A stretch of 64,000 nucleotides of DNA. It comes from Deltaproteobacteria bacterium. Its GTDB lineage: Bacteria; JAGRBM01; JAHCIT01. The notes below the pieces were generated by a model. It was not told the origin of the DNA. It was given only the letters and a program-made list of their open reading frames with translations, and did not search any database. The DNA lies in assembly GCA_026129095.1 (NCBI GenBank), contig JAHCIT010000001.1, forward strand, positions 1 to 64,000, in the 5' to 3' direction. Shown here in pieces: positions 48,372-57,864 of the stretch (positions within the stretch are counted from its first letter, which is position 1; each line of letters opens with the position of its first letter). The translations under genes were made by a program, and so were the position numbers.

Positions 48372-49751
48372 GTGCTGTCAGCCACCGACATCGAGCTCCG
48401 GCAGTTCGTGAACTCCCAATGGGCCCTGCGCGGCAGGATCGTGGGCTATATCGGCCTCGCCTTCAGCTTCTTCCTGCTCGCCTATGACTGGGCGCTCTAT
48501 CCCGAAGTCTGGATGCAGACATCACTTGTCCGGGCCGTGCAGGCAGTGGCGATCATCGCCCTGCTCATCGCAAGCCTGAGAGAGGACTGGTGGCATCTAG
48601 CGGCCTATTACGTGACAACGGGAATTCTCGTCTTCATCGCGGGAGTCGATATCGTCCTGCATATCCAGGGCGCACAGGCCACCACTGACCGCGCCTTCGC
48701 CTACACCGCAACGACGTTCGTTATTTTCTACCTGCTGCCAGTTCAGCGGGCGGAGGGCGCGATCTACCTGGCCGCGACATACGCAAGCTATTTCCTGTGC
48801 GGGTATTTCTGGGGATACCCGCCGAACCTGTTCGCCGCCCCGTATCTCATCCAGGCCGGTATCGTCGTCAGTGTCGGCATCATCGGAAACAGGGTCTTTC
48901 TGAAAACCAAGCGCGAGGAGATCGAGGCAAACGCCCGCCTGCGGGAGCGCACCGATGAGCTGGCCCGCGCCAAGTCCGCGCTGGAAAAGACCTTGGAGGA
49001 ACTCCGTGCGTCGCAGGCCGCGCTCTCCCGTGCCGAGGGGCTCGCCGCCGTCAGCGAGTTCGTCAACGGCGTCGCCCACGAGATCAACAATCCGATGGCC
49101 AGCGCCCGGAGCCTCATGGAAACCCTTGCCGAGGATATCGAAATCCTGCGCCGGGACGGACCCGCCGCCGTCCGGCAGGAAGACCTCGTCCGGTCCCTCG
49201 ACGGGGCCCGCGCCGAAATCGACCGGGCCCGGACACTGATCCGCGAGGTCCGGACGCTCTCCCAGGAGGTCCGGAACTCGCCTGACAGCGTGGACCTGCG
49301 CCAGCTCCTGCGGGAAGTCATCAACGAGGTCAGGACCGGGAGCGCCGCCACGGCCAGCATCCAGATGGGCGGTCCGGGAGAACCTGGCCCGCTTGTGATC
49401 CGCGCCCACTACGCACGGCTCCGGCGCGTATTCCTCAACCTGCTCGACAATGCCATCGCCGCCGAGCAGAAGGCCGGTCACATTCCGGACATCAGCATCA
49501 GGCTGGAGCTGGCATCCGGCCGGGTAAACGTGACGGTGGCGGACCACGGGACGGGCATCCAGCCCGATATCCAGGAAAAGATTTTCCAGCCGTTCTTCAC
49601 CACCCGGCGCACCGAGCACCGGCCCGGCCTCGGACTGTACATCGCCCATGAAATCGTACGCTCGCTGGGCGGCCGGATTACCGTCGTCTCGGCGGTCGGC
49701 GAAGGTTCAAGCTTCCAGGTGGACCTGCCGGTGGAACGGACGGCTGCCTGA
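48372..49751 (+). CDS. Membrane sensor histidine kinase (no adjacent response regulator)
   Basis: About 6 TMs; AHEINNP; NLLDNA; DHGTGI; FQPFFTT; GLGL. Confidence 0.93.
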   Translation: MLSATDIELRQFVNSQWALRGRIVGYIGLAFSFFLLAYDWALYPEVWMQTSLVRAVQAVAIIALLIASLREDWWHLAAYYVTTGILVFIAGVDIVLHIQGAQATTDRAFAYTATTFVIFYLLPVQRAEGAIYLAATYASYFLCGYFWGYPPNLFAAPYLIQAGIVVSVGIIGNRVFLKTKREEIEANARLRERTDELARAKSALEKTLEELRASQAALSRAEGLAAVSEFVNGVAHEINNPMASARSLMETLAEDIEILRRDGPAAVRQEDLVRSLDGARAEIDRARTLIREVRTLSQEVRNSPDSVDLRQLLREVINEVRTGSAATASIQMGGPGEPGPLVIRAHYARLRRVFLNLLDNAIAAEQKAGHIPDISIRLELASGRVNVTVADHGTGIQPDIQEKIFQPFFTTRRTEHRPGLGLYIAHEIVRSLGGRITVVSAVGEGSSFQVDLPVERTAA

Positions 49752-49769
49752 CGGCAGCCGGCAGCGGCC

Positions 49770-50894
49770 GTGAAGATTCTCCTTGTTGCCGATTCGCTCG
49801 CCGGAGAACATGGGCGTCCGTTCTACGTGAAAGGGCTGGCTGCCCAGCTCGCCGCCGCCGGACACACGGTATCGGTCTATTGCGAGGAAGCAGGAGATTC
49901 CGGCGCTCCACCCGGCACGGCGTTTCTCTCGCCGCAGGAGTTCATGGATGCGCTCCCCGGTTCCGGCGCCGTTCACCTGCATCTGCCGGTTTCACCGGCG
50001 ACAGCCCTTTTGGCCGCCGGCCATCCCCGGCTTGTCATCCACCCCCATGACTACGGGTTCTGCTGTCCGGCCGGAACGCTGTACCTGCCGGGCTCGTCAC
50101 GGCTCTGTCACCGGCAGACGGGGCTGCTCTGCTACCTGTGGGCAATCGAGGAAGGATGCACATCCGCGGCGCCGGGCCCGTTTGCCCGCCGTTACATGGA
50201 TGCACGAAAACTCAAGTCCCTTGCCGGCCTGAACCGGGCCCGATGGATCGCCTCCACCCCACGCATGGCCCGCGCACTGGCCGACAGCGGGATTCCCGAA
50301 GACCGCATCCATGCGGCGGGCACTGCCGTTCCGGCCCCGCCGGAAGTCTCCGAGCCGCCGGCAAACGGCCCCGTCTTTTTTGCCGGCACGGTGGAGGAAA
50401 AGTCCGGCATCTTCGACCTGCTCGACATCGTGCTGGTCAACGACGTGGACCTCCATGTCGCCGGGGACGGTCCCGACCTGGAAAAATTCCGGCTGGCCGT
50501 GGAAAGAGCTGATCTCGGACGGAAGGTGCACCTGCTCGGCGACCCCGGATGGTCCGGACGGCAGGCCGAATATGCAAAGGCACGGTTCGTCGTGCTGCCC
50601 GACCGGTGGGACAACAGCCTGCCGTGGGCCGCCGCCGAGGCGGCCGCCAGTGGAAGGGCCATCGTGGGCTACCAGGTGGAAGGTGCGCCCGCGTGGTGCC
50701 GCCATCCGGAAACCGCGCTGCTCGCCGATCGTGCGTATGTCCATGAACTGTCCGGCGCGGCGAAGCTGATGATCGCCGAACCTGACCGGTGCCGCCGCAT
50801 GGGTGAGGCCGCCCGGCGTCTTTACGACTCGGAACTGTCGTGGCCGGTCCACCTGAAAAGGATCATGGACGTATACGGCCGGCTCACGGCCTGA
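49770..50894 (+). CDS. GT4-like glycosyltransferase with degenerate motifs
   Basis: MKILLV, GHTVSV, HDYGFCCP.G, LHVAGDGP, EAAASG..IVG, RRMGEAARR. Confidence 0.8.
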   Translation: MKILLVADSLAGEHGRPFYVKGLAAQLAAAGHTVSVYCEEAGDSGAPPGTAFLSPQEFMDALPGSGAVHLHLPVSPATALLAAGHPRLVIHPHDYGFCCPAGTLYLPGSSRLCHRQTGLLCYLWAIEEGCTSAAPGPFARRYMDARKLKSLAGLNRARWIASTPRMARALADSGIPEDRIHAAGTAVPAPPEVSEPPANGPVFFAGTVEEKSGIFDLLDIVLVNDVDLHVAGDGPDLEKFRLAVERADLGRKVHLLGDPGWSGRQAEYAKARFVVLPDRWDNSLPWAAAEAAASGRAIVGYQVEGAPAWCRHPETALLADRAYVHELSGAAKLMIAEPDRCRRMGEAARRLYDSELSWPVHLKRIMDVYGRLTA

Positions 50895-50900
50895 CCTGTT

Positions 50901-51488
50901 TCAGGTCTTGAGTCCCCGGATGAACACGTCGGCGATCTGGCGGCCGCAATCAGCCAGGTCGAACCGCTTCCGCTTCGACTTGAGCCACAGGACCGTGACC
51001 TCGCTCAGCGAGCCGTACAGGGCCGTCTTGATTACCTCGGCCTCGATATCCTTGCGGAACACGCCCGAATTCTGTCCCTCGATGATCAGCTCCGACACCA
51101 TGTCCAGGTAGGCGAAAAACTTCTTTGGCACGTATTCCTTCATGAACTTGCTCGACTGCCGGAGCTCGATTGTGATGACCTCGACGAGCTTGGGAAACTT
51201 CTCGACGGTCTCGAAGTGGTGGCGGATGAACAGCCGTATCTTGTCCTCCGGGCTGCCGCCGGAGGCGACCGCCGAACGGATGTTCTGGAGATGCCGCTCG
51301 ACCATGTACTCGAAGATCTGGATCAGGATATCGTCCTTGTTCTTGAAGTAGAGATAGATCGTGCCGTCGGCCACTTCCGCCTGCCGGGCAATCTCGGAAA
51401 TCTTGGCGTTGAAAAAACCCTTTTCGGCGAAAGTCCGCGTGGCGGCTTCCAGAATGCGTTCCCGCTTGTCCAGGGTCCGGTTACTCAT
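50901..51488 (-). CDS. TetR-family regulator, FadR/YsiA-like
   Basis: ILEAA...FAEKGF....ISEIARQAEVADGTIYLYFKNKDDIL...IELRQS. Confidence 0.93.
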   Translation of the reverse strand: MSNRTLDKRERILEAATRTFAEKGFFNAKISEIARQAEVADGTIYLYFKNKDDILIQIFEYMVERHLQNIRSAVASGGSPEDKIRLFIRHHFETVEKFPKLVEVITIELRQSSKFMKEYVPKKFFAYLDMVSELIIEGQNSGVFRKDIEAEVIKTALYGSLSEVTVLWLKSKRKRFDLADCGRQIADVFIRGLKT

Positions 51489-51570
51489 GAAAACCTGTTC
51501 CTCCCGTGCCGGTTGAAGGCGGGCGGCCGGCGGGACTACCATGCGGCCAGTAACGGCGGGCGCAGCCGGC

Positions 51571-51588
51571 TGAATGAACGCTCATTCA
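51571..51588. promoter_or_regulatory. FadR(YsiA)-type TetR operator
   Basis: Perfect palindrome TGAATGA-acgc-TCATTCA upstream of the TetR gene; resembles the B. subtilis FadR box TGAATGA-N4-TCATTCA. Confidence 0.75.
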
Positions 51589-51655
51589 TACCGCTCCAGG
51601 CCCGCCCGGTCAAGGAGTCCGCCCCTTCAGCCGGAGCGGTGTCACGGGAATCCCG

Positions 51656-51856
51656 ATGCAGGTAATCGTCAATGGAGAGCCGGTTGAACTGGACAAACCG
51701 GTCACGGTAGGCGAACTTCTCGGCCGCTATGGCCTTGTCCCGGCGCGTGTCGCCGTCGAGGTCAACCAGCGGATAGTTCCCAGGGCCGACTATGGCCGCA
51801 CGGTTCTGGACGACGGAAACCAGATCGAGATCGTCCAGTTCGTCGGTGGCGGCTGA
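51656..51856 (+). CDS. thiS: Sulfur carrier protein ThiS
   Basis: MQVIVNGE...VAVEVN..IVPR...IEIVQFVGGG. Confidence 0.95.
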   Translation: MQVIVNGEPVELDKPVTVGELLGRYGLVPARVAVEVNQRIVPRADYGRTVLDDGNQIEIVQFVGGG

Positions 51857-51892
51857 TCCTGCATGAAACCCTGAAACGGCGGTAGACCTCAC

Positions 51893-52984
51893 TTGGCATC
51901 CAACTCGTTCGGCACACTGTTCAGATACACCACATGGGGCGAGAGCCACGGGCCCGCCGTTGGCGTGGTGATCGATGGCGTGCCGTCCCGGGTGGAGCTG
52001 TCGGAAGCCGACATCCAGCAAGAGCTGGACCGGCGGCGCCCCGGACAGTCGAAGCTGGTCACCCAGCGGCAGGAAGCCGACCGGTGCGAGATTCTCTCCG
52101 GTGTGTTCCGGGGACTGACGACCGGCGCGCCGGTGTCGGTCATCGTCCGCAACACTGATGCCCAGTCCGCCAAGTACGACGAGATCGAGCATCTCTACCG
52201 CCCGGGCCACGCCGACTACGTTTATGATTTCAAGTACGGCCACCGGGACCACCGGGGCGGGGGACGGTCAAGCGCCCGGGAAACGGTGGGGCGGGTGGCG
52301 GCCGGGGCCATTGCCAGAAAGATTCTCGCGCCGCACGGCATCCGGTTCCATGCCGGTGTCATATCGGTCAGGGATATCGTCGCCGCCGAACGGCGCTGGG
52401 ATACGGTGGAGCAGAACCCCGTCAGGTGCCCGGATCCGGAGGCGGCGGGCCGCATGGCCGAGGCGATCGATGCGGCGCGCAAGAGCCGTAACTCGCTGGG
52501 CGGCGTCGTTGAACTGGTGATATCGGGTCTTCCGGCCGGCATCGGCGAGCCTATTTACGACAAGCTGGACGCCCTGCTGGCCTATGGAATGATGACGCTG
52601 AACGCGGTGAAAGGCGTCGAGATCGGCGCCGGTTTCGCCAGCACGCGGATGACCGGTCTCGAAAACAACGACGAGATGGAAACCGTCAGCGGCAAGCCCG
52701 TGTTCCGCAGCAACCATGCCGGCGGGATCCTGGCGGGCATCTCCACCGGCCAGGACGTGATTGTTCGGGTTGCCATCAAGCCGACTGCTTCCATCGCCCA
52801 GGACCAGCACACCATCGACCGGAATGGCGAAAACGGCAAGATCCTGGTCGAAGGCCGCCACGACCCCTGCCTGTGTCCCCGGGCCGTTCCGGTCATAGAG
52901 GCCATCGCGGCGGTCGTCGTCTGCGACCTGTGGCTGAGGGTGCAGGGTTATCCGGTGGCCGGAGGCTTCCGTTGCCAGCCGTGA
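51893..52984 (+). CDS. aroC: Chorismate synthase
   Basis: TWGESHG, RPGHAD, GGGRSSARET, NHAGGILAGIS, GRHDPC. Confidence 0.97.
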   Translation: MASNSFGTLFRYTTWGESHGPAVGVVIDGVPSRVELSEADIQQELDRRRPGQSKLVTQRQEADRCEILSGVFRGLTTGAPVSVIVRNTDAQSAKYDEIEHLYRPGHADYVYDFKYGHRDHRGGGRSSARETVGRVAAGAIARKILAPHGIRFHAGVISVRDIVAAERRWDTVEQNPVRCPDPEAAGRMAEAIDAARKSRNSLGGVVELVISGLPAGIGEPIYDKLDALLAYGMMTLNAVKGVEIGAGFASTRMTGLENNDEMETVSGKPVFRSNHAGGILAGISTGQDVIVRVAIKPTASIAQDQHTIDRNGENGKILVEGRHDPCLCPRAVPVIEAIAAVVVCDLWLRVQGYPVAGGFRCQP

Positions 52985-53040
52985 AACTGGTGGTATAACG
53001 TAGGGCCTTGAGACGCCCCTGAGAGGTAACGCGCTGCGCT

Positions 53041-53550
53041 ATGGGAATTCCTCCCCCCAAACCCGTCCGAGGGATGATTCCGGGTTACAACCACAACATC
53101 CGGTTCGCCGACGAGATCTGGCACATCCAGACCGAGGATTCGGGCCGCAACAACCCGCACATCATCACCCTGCTCTACAAGGGCGGGAACATCATCGCCC
53201 GCAAGAAGGTGAGCTACGCCGACATACTGGAAAACCAGAATGTTGAGGACGTTGTCCGCAGCCTGATGCAGGAGCAGCACAAGGCGATGCTGCGGGATCT
53301 CAAAGGGGGCGTGTTTTCCGGCAAGGCCCCGGAAGCGGCCGCCCCGAAGGCTCCGGCAGCGGCCGTCCCAGCGGCTGCCCCTACGGCAGCAGCCCCGGTC
53401 CCCGAACATGTGCCGCCCGCCGAGACGCCGATGTTCGACCTGGATAATAGTGAAGTTGACTCCCCATTCGGCGCCGACCTTATTTCCAACAAGAGTCTGG
53501 ACGAAGTCATCCTCGGCTATCTGGCGATGGAACTAAAAGAAGATAAGTGA
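53041..53550 (+). CDS. Conserved hypothetical protein
   Basis: GYNHNI...HIQTEDSG..NPHIIT.L..GG.II domain, Ala/Pro linker, C-terminal FGADLISNKSLDEVILGYL. Recalled as a myxobacteria-type family; not verified. Confidence 0.7.
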   Translation: MGIPPPKPVRGMIPGYNHNIRFADEIWHIQTEDSGRNNPHIITLLYKGGNIIARKKVSYADILENQNVEDVVRSLMQEQHKAMLRDLKGGVFSGKAPEAAAPKAPAAAVPAAAPTAAAPVPEHVPPAETPMFDLDNSEVDSPFGADLISNKSLDEVILGYLAMELKEDK

Positions 53551-53762
53551 GAGGTGTCACTGTAATAGTTTGACACATTGAATTTTTCCCGACTGGCCGC
53601 CGCCCCATTGAAAGAACAATTTAATATGTAACTATTGCCGTGTGCAGAATTACGGCGGATTTGATAACGTAATGTTTCAATTACGGGATTAATTTCGACT
53701 GTCATTCTGTGCAGCGACAGTTTCGAACTGGCGTAAAACAGGCGGGGGAACGGCAGGTCATC

Positions 53763-54104
53763 ATGGCGAAACAGCTATCCATCGGGCTCCGCATCCGCGG
53801 GCTGCGCGAATCCAGGGGGCTCTCCCAGTCAGATGTGGCCGGGGGATCCGGGCTCAAGAAGGAATACATTTCCCGAATCGAAAATGAGCATATTATTCCG
53901 ACCTTCAGCACGCTCGAATCCATCGCAAACGGACTCAAGGTTGATGTAATTGATATTGTCAAATACGGAAATAATACAGTTGTCATTCGCCCTTCCGATG
54001 AAGAAAAAAAATGGGCGAGACTGTTTCAGCATCTGATGAGGAAAAGAAACACGGCCGAACGCCGCCGGGTCATCAAAGCGGTGGAAAGACTGATCCTGTC
54101 CTGA
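53763..54104 (+). CDS. XRE-family HTH regulator
   Basis: IGLRIRGLRESRGLSQSDVA...YISRIEN....PTFSTLESIA. Confidence 0.9.
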   Translation: MAKQLSIGLRIRGLRESRGLSQSDVAGGSGLKKEYISRIENEHIIPTFSTLESIANGLKVDVIDIVKYGNNTVVIRPSDEEKKWARLFQHLMRKRNTAERRRVIKAVERLILS

Positions 54105-54125
54105 GCAAAGCCGGGGAGCCCGCCG

Positions 54126-54509
54126 CTATTCGTCCAGGGCACCCGCTTCCGTAATCCGCTCGATGTAGAGTTCAAAAATCTCCCGGTCCTCGGTCTTGAG
54201 GTCGATGATTTCGAGTCCGAGTCCGGCGGGCCGGCCAGCCGCCCCGGCCTGCTCCTGATCCAGCACCCATGCCACCCGCCCGTGCAGGGTGATCTCGCGC
54301 TCCGTGTGGGGGAGACACAGCACCACCTCCACCGGATCCTCGCGGTCAAGCCGAAGGCCCGTCTGGACGAAAATGCCGCCCTTGGAAATGTTAATCGTAT
54401 ATTCCTGGGCGAACGCCCGCGGGGTACGGAATCGTACCTTCAACCGGGCCTTGTAGCGGCCCTGACGGCGCCTGTCCTGCTCGTTCTTCTTCAAAGGATA
54501 TGCCGGCAT
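54126..54509 (-). CDS. PilZ-domain protein (TIGR02266 type)
   Basis: RRQGR (RxxxR) and NISKGG.F (D/NxSxxG) c-di-GMP motifs; GRVAW...GLG. Confidence 0.9.
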   Translation of the reverse strand: MPAYPLKKNEQDRRRQGRYKARLKVRFRTPRAFAQEYTINISKGGIFVQTGLRLDREDPVEVVLCLPHTEREITLHGRVAWVLDQEQAGAAGRPAGLGLEIIDLKTEDREIFELYIERITEAGALDE

Positions 54510-54680
54510 ACTGCGATACCTCGCCACCGGTCCGTTCTGCCCGCCACAGGAGATAACGCGCGGCGGCCATCTGGGTTACATTTTTATTCTCTCCGGAAAT
54601 GCGGTCAACGACATTGATCATGCTTTTGCCACATGAACGCCGATTTATTCTGGAGGCGTACAATAATGAGCCTGTAGGGC

Positions 54681-55229
54681 CTAATTGGGCAGCCGGTAAC
54701 GGGTAGCGAGCAGTGAAACCAGTTCGTTTTGAACCGCATCCTTGGTCATGCCGTCGGTATGGAGCTGGAACTCGGCCCGGCCGTAGTAGGGCATCCTGCG
54801 TTCCATGAGCTCGCGGGCCTTTCTGGCCGGATCGTCCCCTTCGAGGAGCGGACGGCGAACCCTGTGACTGGCGTTGGCCTGCCGGTAGACGGCCGTCTCG
54901 GGCTTCACCAGCAGGGCGATGACCGGCCCCAGCCGCCGGATGAGCGGCCAGTTTTCCTCCCGGCTGACCAGTCCCCCGCCCGTGCTGACAACATGGTGGC
55001 GGGGGCCGCTGTCCACGAACCGTTGCAGGGTTTCGGTCTCGATCCGCCGGAACGCCTCTTCGCCGTCCTGGGCGATAATATCTCCTGGCTTCCTGCCGGT
55101 CGTCCCGGCAATCAGCTCGTCCGTGTCCATGAGCCGCCAACCCCACCGTTTCGCAAACAGGCGAGCCTGAGTTGATTTCCCCGCGGTCGGGAAACCGATC
55201 AGGACGAGATTGTCGAAGGTATCCGGCAT
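54681..55229 (-). CDS. aroK: Shikimate kinase
   Basis: LIGFPTAGKST, DTD, GEEAFR..E, STGGG, RPLL, R.PYY. Confidence 0.93.
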   Translation of the reverse strand: MPDTFDNLVLIGFPTAGKSTQARLFAKRWGWRLMDTDELIAGTTGRKPGDIIAQDGEEAFRRIETETLQRFVDSGPRHHVVSTGGGLVSREENWPLIRRLGPVIALLVKPETAVYRQANASHRVRRPLLEGDDPARKARELMERRMPYYGRAEFQLHTDGMTKDAVQNELVSLLATRYRLPN

Positions 55230-55236
55230 GAGCCCG

Positions 55237-55644
55237 TCAGCCCTGCTTGGCGCGGTCCCGGTTCTGGATATAGTAGGCGCCCGTGGCCCTGGCGAGGAGC
55301 TTGCCGTCAGAGCCAGTCACCTCGGCCTCGCCATAGGCCACCGTCCTCTGCCGTTCGACGATACGGGCCGTGACGGTAATCTTTCCGTCCTTCACCGTGC
55401 GGAAGTAGTGAATCGACAGGTTGAGCGTCGCGGGCAGCTCTCCGGCGGAGAGGTCCAGCAGGCCGAACAGGGCGGCACCGAGAGCCTGATCGCAGACGTA
55501 GAACATGACTCCGCCATGGAGCCGCCGGGCCGCGCTGTGCATGGCCGGCGTGCAGTCGAAACTGTATATGGCCTTTCCGGGCTCTATCTTGTCGGGCTTG
55601 TGGCCGATGATCCGGTCGAGTTCATTGAGCGGGCTGTCAATCAT
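55237..55644 (-). CDS. PaaI-family thioesterase
   Basis: LHGGVMFYVCDQALG, ATLNLSIHYFR, LLARATG. Confidence 0.9.
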   Translation of the reverse strand: MIDSPLNELDRIIGHKPDKIEPGKAIYSFDCTPAMHSAARRLHGGVMFYVCDQALGAALFGLLDLSAGELPATLNLSIHYFRTVKDGKITVTARIVERQRTVAYGEAEVTGSDGKLLARATGAYYIQNRDRAKQG

Positions 55645-55807
55645 ATGGCTGGTCCGGCCCGACTCTAGACGGATGCAAAGCGGCAGGTCCAACCACACCA
55701 CTGCACAGCCAGAAGCCACTCGATGGCCATTGACCCCTGCGAGGACATCATGCTCGAATCGCGCCGCCGCCGGCTGACCGGGTGGCAGGCAAGGGAGACA
55801 GGTGCAA

Positions 55808-56266
55808 ATGGCAGCGATCAAAGAGGGCCAGAAGGCCCCGGACTTCACCCTGGAGAGCGACAGCGGCGAGAAGGTCACCCTTTCCAGGCTCAAGGGACAG
55901 AAGGTCGTGCTGTTCTTCTACCCCAAGGACATGACGCCCGGTTGTACCATCGAGGCGTGCGACTTCCGGGACAACTATCCGAAGTTCAAGAAGAAGGGCG
56001 TGGCCGTGTTCGGCGTCTCCAAGCTGAACGCGAAGTCGAAGGCCAAATTCCGCGACAAGCACAAGCTGAACTATCCGCTGCTGGCTGACGAGGATCTCAA
56101 GGTGGTCACCAGCTGGGGCATCCTCAAGGACAAGGTGATGTACGGGAAAAAGGTCAAGGGAATCGAACGCACGACCGTCCTGATCGGCGAAGACGGCAAG
56201 ATCGGGAAAATCTGGCCGAAAGTGCAGATCGAGGGGCACGTGGAAGAGGTTCTGAAGGCCCTCTAG
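55808..56266 (+). CDS. bcp: BCP/PrxQ thiol peroxidase
   Basis: APDF.L, FFYPKDMTPGCTIEACDFRD, RTT.LI. Confidence 0.95.
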   Translation: MAAIKEGQKAPDFTLESDSGEKVTLSRLKGQKVVLFFYPKDMTPGCTIEACDFRDNYPKFKKKGVAVFGVSKLNAKSKAKFRDKHKLNYPLLADEDLKVVTSWGILKDKVMYGKKVKGIERTTVLIGEDGKIGKIWPKVQIEGHVEEVLKAL

Positions 56267-56314
56267 GCAGGCGTTTCCCCGGCTCCAGCCCACCGGCTAC
56301 ACTCCGGTCCATAT

Positions 56315-57697
56315 ATGACCGCCCCGGCCGCCACCGAAACCCTGCCGATCCTTCCCGGCGAAGTCGATGCGGGAGCATCGCCAAAGGCCTGCCTGCTGAC
56401 CGGACGGCTCACGGGGCGCCGCTACCAGCAACTGGTCAAGTCCGCTCCACAGGACATCCGGGAATCGATCGACACGGTTGAGCGCAACCGTGCGGTCCAG
56501 CTCCAGTATCTCCGCATCCTCGCCTACGCCGTCCCCAGCATCCCGTTTGCGCTGATCTATCACGAGCTGATGCAGCTCTTCATCATCGTGCCGCTCTGCA
56601 TGATTTCCCTGAACGCGCTGTGCATTCCGCTCGTTCGCAGTGTGCCGTGGTTCCGGGGACTCAACGCAGCCCTCTTCGTGATGGACATAATCATTACCGA
56701 AGCGTTCGTCTGGCAGCTCGGGCTCGTCACCACGCACAGCATCTTCTTCCTGCCGCTCATCATCATGGCGATGGTGGTGTTCCTGCCTACCCGGACGGCG
56801 GGTGCCCTGACATTCGCCATGACCGCCACGCACCTGACACTCATTGTCCTTCAGGGGATGGGGCTGCTGCCGCTTGGGCCAATGCTGCGGCAGTCGGGGC
56901 TGGATGCCGGTATCATCAGGGAGATTGTCACGCAGAAGGATGTGCTGCTTTCCTCGTTTATCTTCTCGTCGGCACTCCTGCCCGGGACGTTCTTCGGCAC
57001 CTACTGGCTGTTCAAGCTGCTTCGCCAGAGGGAATACGAGCTTGCGCGGTCCAATGCCCTGATCCGCCGCTATGTGCCCCACCAGCTTGCCGACCAGCTC
57101 GAGGCCGGAGAACTGCCAGACACCAGCGCGCATGAACGAAAGAAACTGGTCATTTTCTTTTCGGACATACAGGGCTTCACCCAGGCAGCCGACCAGCTTG
57201 AGGCCGAGGAGTTCTCCCGCATCCTGAACGAGTACCTGCAGGAGATGACCGCCATTGCCAGCGTGCACGGGGGCACGATCGACAAGTTCATCGGTGACGC
57301 CATCCTGATCTTCTTTGGCGCGCCCAAGGCGACCAGCGACCAGGACCATGCGCTGAGGTGCGTTCGCATGGCCGTCGACATGCAGAAGCGGGTCGGCGAA
57401 CTGAACGACAAGTGGTTCAACGAGGGGATCCAGGTGCCCTTCCGCGTCCGGATGGGAATCAATGCCGGTGTCGCCACGGTCGGGAGTTTCGGTTCCACCG
57501 GCCGCATGGACTACACGGCCATCGGCAACCAGGTGAACCTCGCCTCCCGGCTCCAGACCCACTGCGAACCCGGGAAGATTCTCCTCAGCCATGCCGCCTG
57601 GGCCCTGGTCAAGGACCACCTTCCCTGCATCGAAAAGGGCGAAATACAGGTCAAGGGCATCCACTATCCGGTGCGGACCTACGAAGTCGCCGGGTGA
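56315..57697 (+). CDS. Membrane-bound class III adenylate cyclase
   Basis: TM region, then FSDIQGFT, DKFIGDA, RMGIN.G, DYTAIGNQVNLASRL, VKG. Confidence 0.93.
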   Translation: MTAPAATETLPILPGEVDAGASPKACLLTGRLTGRRYQQLVKSAPQDIRESIDTVERNRAVQLQYLRILAYAVPSIPFALIYHELMQLFIIVPLCMISLNALCIPLVRSVPWFRGLNAALFVMDIIITEAFVWQLGLVTTHSIFFLPLIIMAMVVFLPTRTAGALTFAMTATHLTLIVLQGMGLLPLGPMLRQSGLDAGIIREIVTQKDVLLSSFIFSSALLPGTFFGTYWLFKLLRQREYELARSNALIRRYVPHQLADQLEAGELPDTSAHERKKLVIFFSDIQGFTQAADQLEAEEFSRILNEYLQEMTAIASVHGGTIDKFIGDAILIFFGAPKATSDQDHALRCVRMAVDMQKRVGELNDKWFNEGIQVPFRVRMGINAGVATVGSFGSTGRMDYTAIGNQVNLASRLQTHCEPGKILLSHAAWALVKDHLPCIEKGEIQVKGIHYPVRTYEVAG

Positions 57698-57864
57698 TCC
57701 TTCCGGCAGCCAGTCAGGCCATCCGGACACCGGCGCAACCGTATTGCATTCCCCACACCCCTTGGATACCTAACCCGCCCAATGAGGTATGTGCCGGGAC
57801 GGGTTTCCCGGCCCTGATGCCGGACTTCCCGGCTGCCAGCGAATGAAGAAGGAAGGTTCAAGAG

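Noticed and set aside
55645-55893. Extended start of the PaaI ORF
   Set aside because: Overlaps bcp. The thioesterase domain begins near 55644.
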